Shown piece by piece: positions 20,212-29,537 of a DNA stretch of 64,000 nt (position 1 is the stretch's first letter; each line of letters opens with the position of its first letter). The notes below the pieces were generated by a model. That model had not been told where the DNA came from. It did not search any database and saw only the letters and a list, made by a program, of their open reading frames with translations. Made by a program: the position numbers and the translations under genes. This stretch comes from a candidate division WOR-3 bacterium (lineage in GTDB: Bacteria > Hydrothermota > Tepidihabitantia > Tepidihabitantales > Tepidihabitantaceae), in NCBI GenBank assembly GCA_037441285.1, contig JBBISL010000004.1:61470-125469 (forward strand), written 5' to 3'.

Positions 20212-23200
20212 CTATTCCACAACCAGTTTCCGGGTTACGGTGGATTTACCAACCAGTTTCACAAGATAGACACCGCTGGGCAACATCCCAAGGTTCACCA
20301 TCGCCTGTTCCTTCCCCAGCGGCTGAGAAAACACCATCCTGCCAGTCGCATCAAAAATCTGCAGCCGCATTCCTGCCGTCGCACCGGAAATGAACAGCAC
20401 ACCTTTACCGCGTACCGGATTGGGCGCAATGGTCAGCGAACCAGACATTTCTTGTATCGTTCCCATTACCCCCTTCCTGTCCGGGGAATCAGCAAAGAGC
20501 GTATCGGCGGTAACATAGCACCACAACTCCGGCGTCTTATTGCCTTTCAGGGCAAAGAAAATCCCGTCCTCATAAAGAACAATGTCGCCACCGCCTTTCA
20601 CCCGCTTTTTCCTTCCGGTCGAGCCAACCGATGGCATCGTATCCAGTTCCACCCAGGAGTCACCCAGCGCATCATAACGCCAGAACTCACAGGTGTTGCC
20701 ACCTTTAAGCGCATAGATTGCATCGTTATACCAGGCACCGGAACTGCCATCCTTACATTTCTTGGTCTTCCCTAACTTCCCGACAAAAGGCATCCCCGAC
20801 AGCGGTTGACTGAACCAGGTATCAGCCAGAACATCGTACCTCCACAACTCGTGCACCTTGGCTTTGTGCGCATAAATATAAAACTCATTTTGTCCTGGTC
20901 GCGCGTTATAAACCATCCAGGAACCCCGGTCCCATCTCCTGCCGGTCGCAGTCACTGGTGCCGGTGCCCTGGTCTCCCATACACCGGAAACGGTGTTGAA
21001 CCGGTAAAACTCATCGGTATAACCTTTCAGAAGGTAAACATAACCGGTATCGGTATGGGGCCTTTTGATATAAACCATATCCGCGCCGGCTTTCACCCGT
21101 TTACCACTTGAACCCAGCGGTACATTCTCCAGCTGTAGCCAGGTGTCAAGTTCTACATTGTAAGCCCAGAACCCCAAGGTGTTGTTACCCTTGGTGGCAT
21201 AAATATAGTCACCGCCCGCAACCCCGACTGATGCGCGCCGCGGTGGTCTGCCTTCGGCACCCAAAGGCATCGGCTGTAACTGATGCCAGGTGTCGGCTAA
21301 TGGGTCATAAAGGTAAAAGTCGCCCACCTTGTTACCTTTAAGCACAAACAGACAGCGTGTCCCGCTTACCCGCATTTGAGTCAGCCATCCCCCATCACTT
21401 ACCCCTTTATTAGAAGGTGCCAGCGGCACCTGACTAACCTCTTGCCAGCCATAGGGCCAATGAGGAATACGCCGCACCACGAAATCGGCGCTGCGCACAT
21501 CGTTGCCCGGAAATGTATCATTGCTACAGAATGTTGAACACCGGACGGTCCAGGTTCCAGGTACACCACCAACCGAATACACCGGGAAGGTAATAATCGT
21601 GTCCCTTTGACCGGCAAGACCGGTTATTGGTAGCGATTCGTTGTAGACGAGCGTGCCCGCAGCATCAAACATCGTGAAATAGGCACTGAAATCTGCTGGG
21701 TTATCTCCGCGATTCCACCAGCGCGCCCGCGGTGTGACCACCGCGCCACTATCAATTGTACCACTGGGCGCTTGAATCTGAAACATCTCGATGTCGGTGG
21801 TGTAAACTGTAAAATTTCCTTCCTGCACATCGTTCGTTGAGTTTTTATCCGGGATTGCGGTGGTTGAGCAGCGCACTGTCCATTGCCCGGCATCATTCAC
21901 TACAAAATCGGGAAAGACCAGGGTGCTTTCAACACCCGGTGCTAAACCGGCAACATTGAGTGATTCCGAATAAACCCGATTGCCTGAGGGGTTGATGAGG
22001 AAACAGAACAACCAAAAGTCCACACTATTGTTAGCCCCGAAATTGCGACAGACCACCCGGGGCGTTACGGTAGTTCCCGGCATTATCAATCCTGATGGTG
22101 ATAGAATCGAAGACACCCCGGCGTCAACCAGCTCGCCCCGGATGTAATACACATCGTTGTCACCGTCGTAATTGTCATACCAGACAATATGCAGGTCATC
22201 AAACTCGCCCGCGGCTAAAGCCGGATAGTAAAGACCGGTCTGAGCCCGATTGGTCAACTGCATCACCTCGCCCCAGTTGCCCGCCTGCTTCTGCCGGCAC
22301 AGGATTTCGAACCGGGTAGGCGAGATTTCGGTATAACCCCGCCAAACAACACTAATTACACCATCAACCTCGGAAACAACCGGGTCGTATTGATTACCAT
22401 TGGTATAGGTACTTACAATTTCGGTTGTCCCCCAGCCCGACCCGGTTTTTGTCCGATAAAACACCCGGTCGTAAGTAGAACCTGAAACATCGCCATTCCA
22501 GACCACATAAACCGTTGAACCGTCGCTGTTCACCGCCACCACCGGTGCGAACATATCGGCATTTGCGTTGACATCGGACACCTGCTCAATATCCCGCCAT
22601 GTGCCACTACCGCTGCGCCAGCGATAAAAAACCTGCCAGTAACCAGCCACCTTTTTCCGCCAGACAACATAGACGCTATCTGCCCGGTCAACCGCAACCG
22701 ACGCCTGCATACTTGAATCGCTCGGGAAGTTATCAACAATAGTAACAGCACTCCACCCGGTACCAGGGGTGTACTCAATATGTTTGATTCGGTAATAAGT
22801 CGGGTTCGAAGCATCTCTGCCATACCAGACGATATGGACATTGTTGCCGCCGGGGCGACAGGCAATTGATGGATAGTAGTTAAGATGAGTGCCGCCGGGG
22901 TTGTAAAGATAAACCGAATCTCCCCAGGTGCCCGTTGCAACATTCCACCTTTTATACCATATCCCGTAGTAAGGCGATGTTGAATGATACCAGGTAATAT
23001 GGACATTACCCGAATCGTCACAGGCAACCGCTGGACGATAAACCGCAACCGATTGATTGGTCACCTGCGTAATTGGACCCCAGCTGCCACTTGCTCTTGA
23101 CCATTTTCGATAAAAAACCTGGTTGCTGCCGGTTCGGTTGTCATACCAGACAACATGGACATTACCACCGGTATCGGTTGCCACGGTATGCTGATAACCA

Positions 23201-23337
23201 TAACCCATATACTGAGTTGTGGCATCATCCGAAAGATTAACTGGCCCAGCCCAGCCATCGATTTCTGCGGCTGGAATTCCGTTGCTGCTCGCACTCATTA
23301 CCATTAACCCCAGCAGCGTGATAACTACGCCGTTCAT
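20212..23337 (-). CDS. Large secreted protein: 7 BNR-like repeats, 2 CARDB/Ig domains, Kelch-like propeller and T9SS type-A-like CTD
   Basis: Repeated xxD.xGNVHVVW blades; TVTPRVVCRNFG/VVTPRARWWNRG Ig units; KGN..FWxY blades; C-terminal IAPNP...IFDATGR...LPSGVYLV...KLVVE. Confidence 0.85.
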   Translation of the reverse strand: MNGVVITLLGLMVMSASSNGIPAAEIDGWAGPVNLSDDATTQYMGYGYQHTVATDTGGNVHVVWYDNRTGSNQVFYRKWSRASGSWGPITQVTNQSVAVYRPAVACDDSGNVHITWYHSTSPYYGIWYKRWNVATGTWGDSVYLYNPGGTHLNYYPSIACRPGGNNVHIVWYGRDASNPTYYRIKHIEYTPGTGWSAVTIVDNFPSDSSMQASVAVDRADSVYVVWRKKVAGYWQVFYRWRSGSGTWRDIEQVSDVNANADMFAPVVAVNSDGSTVYVVWNGDVSGSTYDRVFYRTKTGSGWGTTEIVSTYTNGNQYDPVVSEVDGVISVVWRGYTEISPTRFEILCRQKQAGNWGEVMQLTNRAQTGLYYPALAAGEFDDLHIVWYDNYDGDNDVYYIRGELVDAGVSSILSPSGLIMPGTTVTPRVVCRNFGANNSVDFWLFCFLINPSGNRVYSESLNVAGLAPGVESTLVFPDFVVNDAGQWTVRCSTTAIPDKNSTNDVQEGNFTVYTTDIEMFQIQAPSGTIDSGAVVTPRARWWNRGDNPADFSAYFTMFDAAGTLVYNESLPITGLAGQRDTIITFPVYSVGGVPGTWTVRCSTFCSNDTFPGNDVRSADFVVRRIPHWPYGWQEVSQVPLAPSNKGVSDGGWLTQMRVSGTRCLFVLKGNKVGDFYLYDPLADTWHQLQPMPLGAEGRPPRRASVGVAGGDYIYATKGNNTLGFWAYNVELDTWLQLENVPLGSSGKRVKAGADMVYIKRPHTDTGYVYLLKGYTDEFYRFNTVSGVWETRAPAPVTATGRRWDRGSWMVYNARPGQNEFYIYAHKAKVHELWRYDVLADTWFSQPLSGMPFVGKLGKTKKCKDGSSGAWYNDAIYALKGGNTCEFWRYDALGDSWVELDTMPSVGSTGRKKRVKGGGDIVLYEDGIFFALKGNKTPELWCYVTADTLFADSPDRKGVMGTIQEMSGSLTIAPNPVRGKGVLFISGATAGMRLQIFDATGRMVFSQPLGKEQAMVNLGMLPSGVYLVKLVGKSTVTRKLVVE

Positions 23338-23427
23338 TTTAACCTCCTTACATTTGCCTAACAGACGCCTCCATTCTACGATAAGTCAACTTTTCAAGGG
23401 AGAGTACAGATGTAACCCGCCAGATAA

Positions 23428-23456
23428 ACTATAATCCATTTCTAATATCTTGTCAA
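23428..23456 (-). promoter_or_regulatory. sigma70-type promoter (TTGACA-N17-TATAGT) of the 1041-aa secreted protein
   Basis: Read directly on the minus strand; AAGGAGG SD before the ATG. Confidence 0.65.
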
Positions 23457-23756
23457 GGAAATTATCAATGGCAATTTCCCTTACCATCCCCGAGATAACC
23501 CCGGGGTTAGTTATGGAAAATCACTCCTCGGGTGTTTAACTCGTTAAAATACAAAGCGTTATGTAAAATGCCCGATTTCTGGTGCGTGTACTTATAAGTA
23601 TACGCCACTTAAACACCCCCAGGAACAATAACCTATTCCTTACCAACCTTCTGACATCCGGGTTCTGCTATCAGATTAATTCAGACCTCTCTGCATCCAA
23701 TGCGAAACCAACCATTTCTATCCTGCAACACCCTGTTACCTCAGGGCATCTTTTCC

Positions 23757-23783
23757 TTGACAATCCGTCTTATCTAATAGAAT
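23757..23783 (+). promoter_or_regulatory. sigma70-type promoter of miaB (TTGACA-N15-TAGAAT), 8 nt before the GTG
   Basis: Read directly; short spacer; no clear SD. Confidence 0.55.
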
Positions 23784-23791
23784 ATTTATAG

Positions 23792-25114
23792 GTGTCCAAA
23801 TTCTATTTGCAGGTTTACGGCTGCCAGATGAATCAGTACGAAGCCGAACTCGTGCGTAACATTCTTGAACAGGCGGGATTTACCGAAACCGAGAAAGAAG
23901 AAAAAGCCGATGTGCTCTTAATGGTTACCTGTTCAGTCCGTGAGCACGCGGAACAACGCGCCCTGGGAAGGCTGGCAGCATTTCAATCGTACAAAAACAG
24001 CGCGCCGGAAAAGATTGTTGGCGTTCTCGGGTGTGTTGCTCAGAATCTCAAAGAAAGGTTAATCACCGAATATGGCGCCGATATTGTAGTTGGACCTGAT
24101 GGGTACCGCCATCTCCCGGAACTGATAAGCCGCCGGCAGAGCGGGAATCCACCTCAACTCTGGGTCCAGTTTAGCGAAGAATGCTATCCCGATATTCACC
24201 CTTTAATCCGAAACACGGTAACGGCAAATGTAACAATAATGCGCGGCTGCAACAACTTCTGCTCTTACTGCATTGTCCCTTATGTAAAAGGTCCCGAACG
24301 CTCCCGGCCCGTAGAAAGCATTTTGACCGAAATAAGGCAACTGGCGCGTCGCGGTGTCAAAGAGGTAACGCTTCTGGGACAGAATGTCCTTGCCTATCAG
24401 GACCGGGAAACTAATTTTTCTGAACTGTTAACCTATGTGTGTGCGGTTGAGGGTATCGAACGGGTCCGCTTTCTTACCTCGCATCCCCGCGACCTGTCAG
24501 AAAAAATCGTCGAGCAGATAGCCCATTTACCCCGAGTCTGCCCGCAGTTTCACCTCCCATTACAGTCGGGCTCAAACCGCATCCTGCACCTGATGAACCG
24601 GGGTTATACCCGCGAACAGTACTTAGAGAAAGTGCAAATGATAAGAGAGAAACTGCCCGAAGTATCGATTACCACCGACATCATCGTTGGATTCCCGACT
24701 GAGAATGAAAATGATTTTGCCGCCACAATGGAAATCGTCCGAACCGTTAGATTTGACTTTGCCTATATGTTCAAATTTTCACCCCGCTCCCAAACACGCG
24801 CCGCCGAAATCAAACCGCCGGTGCCCGAAGCCATTGCCCGACGCCGCCTTGCTGAACTGATTAAGTTGCAAAACCAGATTACTCTTGATTCCAATCGGGC
24901 AATGGTCGGCAAAACTTACGAGTTGCTGATTGAAGGACCGAGTCCGCGCGGTCAGGGTAGTCTGGGCAGAACCCCTCAGGGCAAAGTTGTCATTCTTGAC
25001 GAAAAAATTCCACCGGGTACTCTGGTCTCAACCGTGGTCAAGGAAATTCGCGGCTGGACACCGATTGGCCAGGTACTCGATGGGATAAAAGTACCGGTTA
25101 CAGGAGGTTGTTAA
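23792..25114 (+). CDS. miaB: tRNA-2-methylthio-N6-dimethylallyladenosine synthase (radical SAM)
   Basis: YGCQMN, TCSVREHAE, RGCNNFCSYCIVPY, LLGQNV, FLTSHP, TDIIVGFP and a C-terminal TRAM domain. Confidence 0.93.
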   Translation: MSKFYLQVYGCQMNQYEAELVRNILEQAGFTETEKEEKADVLLMVTCSVREHAEQRALGRLAAFQSYKNSAPEKIVGVLGCVAQNLKERLITEYGADIVVGPDGYRHLPELISRRQSGNPPQLWVQFSEECYPDIHPLIRNTVTANVTIMRGCNNFCSYCIVPYVKGPERSRPVESILTEIRQLARRGVKEVTLLGQNVLAYQDRETNFSELLTYVCAVEGIERVRFLTSHPRDLSEKIVEQIAHLPRVCPQFHLPLQSGSNRILHLMNRGYTREQYLEKVQMIREKLPEVSITTDIIVGFPTENENDFAATMEIVRTVRFDFAYMFKFSPRSQTRAAEIKPPVPEAIARRRLAELIKLQNQITLDSNRAMVGKTYELLIEGPSPRGQGSLGRTPQGKVVILDEKIPPGTLVSTVVKEIRGWTPIGQVLDGIKVPVTGGC

Positions 25115-25468
25115 ATGGTTACTTTTAGAGTCATTCTTATCCTGCTTGCCTTTGTTGTCCTGTTCATTCTGGGCTGGCAAAATCAAACAACCGTGACCGT
25201 TCAGGTATTCTGGCGCACCTTTTACAATGTTCCCCTTGCCTTTGTCATGCTCTACTCCTTTGCCTTTGGTGCCCTCTGTGTTGGCATCTTCACCATTGTC
25301 TCGGAAATCAGGTTACGCACCAAACTACACCAGCAACGCCAGGAGATTGAAGCCTTAACCGAAGAACTGCGCAACCTGCGTAATGCGCCCCTGGACATAA
25401 TTTCTTCTCCCAAAGAAACGACGCGAACCGAAATACCCATCTCTGATTCAACCCAAAAAGGAGCATAG
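25115..25468 (+). CDS. lapA: LapA-family (DUF1049) membrane protein
   Basis: TM-QN-V.V.F-PL-TM-coiled-coil pattern, directly upstream of a LapB-like gene. Confidence 0.75.
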   Translation: MVTFRVILILLAFVVLFILGWQNQTTVTVQVFWRTFYNVPLAFVMLYSFAFGALCVGIFTIVSEIRLRTKLHQQRQEIEALTEELRNLRNAPLDIISSPKETTRTEIPISDSTQKGA

Positions 25469-25472
25469 ATAT

Positions 25473-26576
25473 ATGTACCCCCTGTTAATTGTTATTCTTG
25501 CCCTTTTAGTTGTCGCTCTTTATCCGGTCATCCGCGACTTCTTCCGCCAGCGCCGCGCCACCGTCCCCGCCTATGTTGAAGGTCTGAAACTGCTACTCGA
25601 TGGCAAGGTCGATGAGGCGGCACAAAAGTTAAAACAGGCGGTGGAAGAAGACACGGGCAATGTCGATGCCTATATCCGACTCGGCACCCTTTTCCTCGAA
25701 AAGGGCGACATTGAAAGGGCACTGCGCATCCATGAAAACCTCGCCCTGCGTCGCAATTTAAAACCGGAAGAAGAAAAAGCGGTTTTTCGGGCGCTGGTTA
25801 AAGACTACATAAAGATTGGCCGCAAGGTAAAGGCGATACCCTTACTTGAAGAACTGATTCGCGCCGACCGCAACGACATTGCCAGCCGCGCGTTGCTTCT
25901 TGAACTGTACATCGAAAACAACTCCTGGGACAAGTGCGAAGAGATTCTCAAAGATTTGCAAAAAGGCGACCCCTACCGGGCAAGCCGACTCTTCGCCCTC
26001 TATGGCTACGCCTATGGCAGGGTTAATCCGAAAGCGGGCATAAAATGGCTCAACGACGCCCTCAAACTCAATCAAAAGTCCATTATTGCCCGAATTCTAC
26101 TCGGTGACATGTTATTAAGCCAGGGCGAAGTTGACGAAGCGATTCGAGTTTGGAAAGAGGTGGTGGAGGTGGCGCCCGAAAAGAACTACCTGGTCCGGGA
26201 ACGGTTAGAACGGGCGTACTTTGAAATCGGCCATTACGAAGAAATCACCAACCTCTACCGCCGCTTGCTCGTACGGGTCCCGCAGGATACCGGACTGGTT
26301 CTGGCGTTAGCCGAAATCTACGCTAAAATGGAAAAGTTAAAAGAAGCCCGCACCATCCTCGAAAAGGCAACGAAAAATGGCGATGCGGCGACCCGCATTT
26401 TCCTGGCGCAGATTCTGCTGCGGGAAGGTGAAACTTCCTGGGCGTTATCCACGCTCAATGATGCGATTCGAAAGTTAACCGTTAACAACCGGCACTGTGA
26501 CAATTGTCGCGCTCCAATCAATCAAACTGAAATCCGCTGCCCCAATTGTGGCGCCTGGCAGAATGATGTAACATAA
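25473..26576 (+). CDS. lapB: LapB-like TPR protein with a C-terminal rubredoxin-type metal site
   Basis: N-terminal TM, YVEGLKLLL, GDIERALRIHENL, TPRs, CDNC...CPNCGAW. Confidence 0.8.
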   Translation: MYPLLIVILALLVVALYPVIRDFFRQRRATVPAYVEGLKLLLDGKVDEAAQKLKQAVEEDTGNVDAYIRLGTLFLEKGDIERALRIHENLALRRNLKPEEEKAVFRALVKDYIKIGRKVKAIPLLEELIRADRNDIASRALLLELYIENNSWDKCEEILKDLQKGDPYRASRLFALYGYAYGRVNPKAGIKWLNDALKLNQKSIIARILLGDMLLSQGEVDEAIRVWKEVVEVAPEKNYLVRERLERAYFEIGHYEEITNLYRRLLVRVPQDTGLVLALAEIYAKMEKLKEARTILEKATKNGDAATRIFLAQILLREGETSWALSTLNDAIRKLTVNNRHCDNCRAPINQTEIRCPNCGAWQNDVT

Positions 26577-26604
26577 ATCACCGAAAGCGGCAACACGCTC
26601 CTCA

Positions 26605-29187
26605 ATGGCAGAAAAACTAACCCCGCTATTGACCCAATACCATCGAATTAAAGAACGCTACCCGGAAACCCTGCTGCTATTTCGAGTCGGTGATTTTTAT
26701 GAGATGTTTTATCAGGATGCGGAAACCGGTGCTCGGGCACTAAATCTGACCCTTACTTCCCGGTCGCACGGTCCCAACCATCGTGTTCCCCTAGCTGGCA
26801 TCCCGGCAAAATCGCTTGATACCTATGTTGCCCGCCTTGTCGAACAGGGGTTCAAGGTTGCGGTGTGTGAGCAACTCGAACCACCGAACCGGGGCAAACC
26901 GGTCGTTGCCCGTGATGTCGTTGAGGTCATCACCCCTGGCACGCTGGTGCGTGACACCCTCCTCAATGAAAGTCGCAACAACTATCTGATGGCGCTTTCC
27001 CCGGGCTCAAACTGGGGAGTCGCTTTCGCCGACCTGTCAACCGGTGAATTTTATGTTGCTGAAATTTCCCCATCGTCTCTGGCCGAGGAAATCACCCGCA
27101 TTTCCCCTTCCGAAGTTCTTCTTCCCCAGAACTGGACTGGCGAACTACCCGCTTACCTTCCGGCACGAATAACCAGAATGGACGATTACTACTTTACCGC
27201 CGAGTTCGCCTTTGAAAAACTCACCTCTCATTTTGGCGTTGCCAACCTTGCCGGTTTTGGTGTTGACCACCTTACCGAAGCAATTTGTGCCGCCGGCGCA
27301 ATTCTTGAGTACTTAGAGCAAACCCAGTGCACGACATTACCGCACCTCCATCGTATCATTCCCTTTCACAACACCGATTTTTTGCTCATCGACCGCATCT
27401 CACGACGCAACCTCGAACTACTGGAAAAACTCCATCCCCAAAACAAAGGCGACCGTGAGACCGGAACGCTCTTCTGGTTACTAAACCGGACTTGCACACC
27501 CGCGGGCACCCGACTCCTGCGGCACTGGCTGCTCAGCCCATTACTCTCGGTTGAAAGAATCAACGAACGCCTTGACGGCGTAACTGAATTGGTGGCGCCC
27601 GCTTCGCCACTCGAACAACTGCAACAACTCCTCAGCAAAATCGGCGACCTCGAACGGGTCGCTTCCCGAATCGCCCTTGACCGCGCCACCCCGCGCGATT
27701 TAGTTGCACTCCGTTCCTGGTTAACCGTCATTCCGGAGATAAAACAACTACTAAATGATTGCTCCACCCCGCTTCTGAAACAGTCCCGCGATGTCATTCC
27801 AGACTTTACCCATTTGGCAAACGAACTCGAGCGCGCCTTATCCGATTCGCCCCCAAACACCATCACCGAAGGCGGTATCTTCCGCCCCGGCTATAACCAG
27901 GAACTGGACAATCTCCGCGAACTCACCCAGCATGGCAAAGAGTTCCTTGCCCGGTTGCAGGAATCCGAACGGACCCGCACCGGTATTCCTAACCTCCGCA
28001 TCGGCTACAACTCTGTTTTTGGCTACTACATTGAAGTCACCAAATCCTACCTGCGTCTTGTGCCGAGTGACTACATCCGGAAACAAACCGTTACCGGGGG
28101 TGAACGCTTTATCACCCCCCAGTTAAAAGAGTACGAAACCAAAATCACCAACGCCGAAGAGCGCATCAAAACCCTTGAATACGAACTGTTTATCGACCTG
28201 CGCAACCGCATCAAACCACACTGTAACAAAATCATCGAACTGGCAACCGCCCTTGCCACGCTCGATGTCCTTGCTGCTTTTGCCCGGCTTGCCCGCGAGA
28301 AAAACTACTGCCGCCCGGTTATTGACAACTCAACCACCATCGAAATCAAAGCGGGCCGCCATCCGGTCGTGGAAACAATCTCCAGTGAACCCTTCATCCC
28401 CAACGACACTTACCTTGACACCACCAGCAATCAAATCTTAATCATCACCGGTCCCAATATGGCAGGAAAATCCACCTACCTGCGCCAGACCGCCCTGATT
28501 GTTATTATGGCACAAATCGGCTCCTTCGTTCCCGCCCGCTCCGCCCGAATTGGCGTTGTCGATAAGATATTTACCCGCATTGGTGCCTCAGACGACCTGG
28601 CGCGCGGCGTTTCCACCTTCCTTGCCGAAATGAATGAAACCGCCAACATCCTGAATAATGCCACCTCCCGCAGTTTAGTAATCTTAGATGAAGTGGGCAG
28701 GGGAACCGCCACCGAAGACGGTCTTGCCATCGCCTGGGCAACGGTTGAGTACCTCCACGGTGATGAAGAGTTCTGTCCCCGAACCCTCTTTGCCACCCAT
28801 TACCATGAACTCACCCGGATTCCTGACCATCTACCCCGGACAAAAAACTTCAGTTTTCTGGTTCGGGAAAAGGGTGATGAAGTTATCTTCTTAAGAAAAA
28901 TCCACCCTGGTCCGGCTGATAAGAGTTACGGCATTGCGGTTGCTAAACTCGCCGGTTTACCCGAACGTGTCATCCGTCGAGCGCGAGAACTTTTAACCTT
29001 CTTCACCAGAAATGAGCAGATAAATTTTGAGCAGTTAACAACCTCCCTTGAAAAACCTATCGTGGCTGACGCTTCCTTTTCTCATCCAGTGCTGGAACGG
29101 TTGCGCGACTTAAACATCAACGAAATTTCGCCCCTTGAAGCGCTCAACCTGCTCGCCGAACTCATCCATCTTGCAAAAAATCAGTAA
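26605..29187 (+). CDS. mutS: DNA mismatch repair protein MutS
   Basis: FRVGDFYEMF, ITGPNMAGKSTYLRQ, STFLAEM, DEVGRGT, FATHYHEL, SYGIAVA. Confidence 0.98.
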   Translation: MAEKLTPLLTQYHRIKERYPETLLLFRVGDFYEMFYQDAETGARALNLTLTSRSHGPNHRVPLAGIPAKSLDTYVARLVEQGFKVAVCEQLEPPNRGKPVVARDVVEVITPGTLVRDTLLNESRNNYLMALSPGSNWGVAFADLSTGEFYVAEISPSSLAEEITRISPSEVLLPQNWTGELPAYLPARITRMDDYYFTAEFAFEKLTSHFGVANLAGFGVDHLTEAICAAGAILEYLEQTQCTTLPHLHRIIPFHNTDFLLIDRISRRNLELLEKLHPQNKGDRETGTLFWLLNRTCTPAGTRLLRHWLLSPLLSVERINERLDGVTELVAPASPLEQLQQLLSKIGDLERVASRIALDRATPRDLVALRSWLTVIPEIKQLLNDCSTPLLKQSRDVIPDFTHLANELERALSDSPPNTITEGGIFRPGYNQELDNLRELTQHGKEFLARLQESERTRTGIPNLRIGYNSVFGYYIEVTKSYLRLVPSDYIRKQTVTGGERFITPQLKEYETKITNAEERIKTLEYELFIDLRNRIKPHCNKIIELATALATLDVLAAFARLAREKNYCRPVIDNSTTIEIKAGRHPVVETISSEPFIPNDTYLDTTSNQILIITGPNMAGKSTYLRQTALIVIMAQIGSFVPARSARIGVVDKIFTRIGASDDLARGVSTFLAEMNETANILNNATSRSLVILDEVGRGTATEDGLAIAWATVEYLHGDEEFCPRTLFATHYHELTRIPDHLPRTKNFSFLVREKGDEVIFLRKIHPGPADKSYGIAVAKLAGLPERVIRRARELLTFFTRNEQINFEQLTTSLEKPIVADASFSHPVLERLRDLNINEISPLEALNLLAELIHLAKNQ

Positions 29188-29394
29188 TCGCCTCAATTAA
29201 ACTAACCGTTATAACCATCACAACAGAAGACCCGGCAAGGACTGTCGCACTCGTATAACTCACATAATTTCAATGCAATAATCACTAAACATCAAAAGAA
29301 ATCAAAATTTTAGACAATCTTAGTTTTCGCTTCTCCGATTGTTCAACTATCAGTTTTATAAAAACTTATGAAATTACGCCGTGTTTTTATTTAT

Positions 29395-29410
29395 GGGAAC
29401 ACATATTGCT
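29395..29410 (+). promoter_or_regulatory. Putative sigma54 (-24/-12) promoter GGGAACACATATTGCT
   Basis: GG(29396-7)-N10-GC(29408-9) with TTGCT; IHF-consensus match AATCAAAATTTTA at 29300-29312; no clear sigma70 box seen in this intergenic region. Confidence 0.55.
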
Positions 29411-29427
29411 TATTTAAGATTCGGAAA

Positions 29428-29499
29428 GGGTAACGGGATGGCCCAGGTTAAGGGGTTACATCCGATGGAGCGATAAGTTTATGGGCCATTCCGTTGCCT
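29428..29499 (+). ncRNA. Structured 5' leader: 18-bp stem with a 36-nt loop, unknown family
   Basis: GGGTAACGGGATGGCCCA pairs fully with TGGGCCATTCCGTTGCCT using three G-U pairs; no U tract follows. Confidence 0.5.
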
Positions 29500-29537
29500 G
29501 CGGGATAGTTGTAAACAAACAAACGAGGGGGTGAAAA

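Noticed and set aside
29428..29499. Leader hairpin as a c-di-GMP riboswitch or intrinsic terminator
   Set aside because: It lacks the GEMM two-hairpin GNRA/receptor features and has no downstream U tract.
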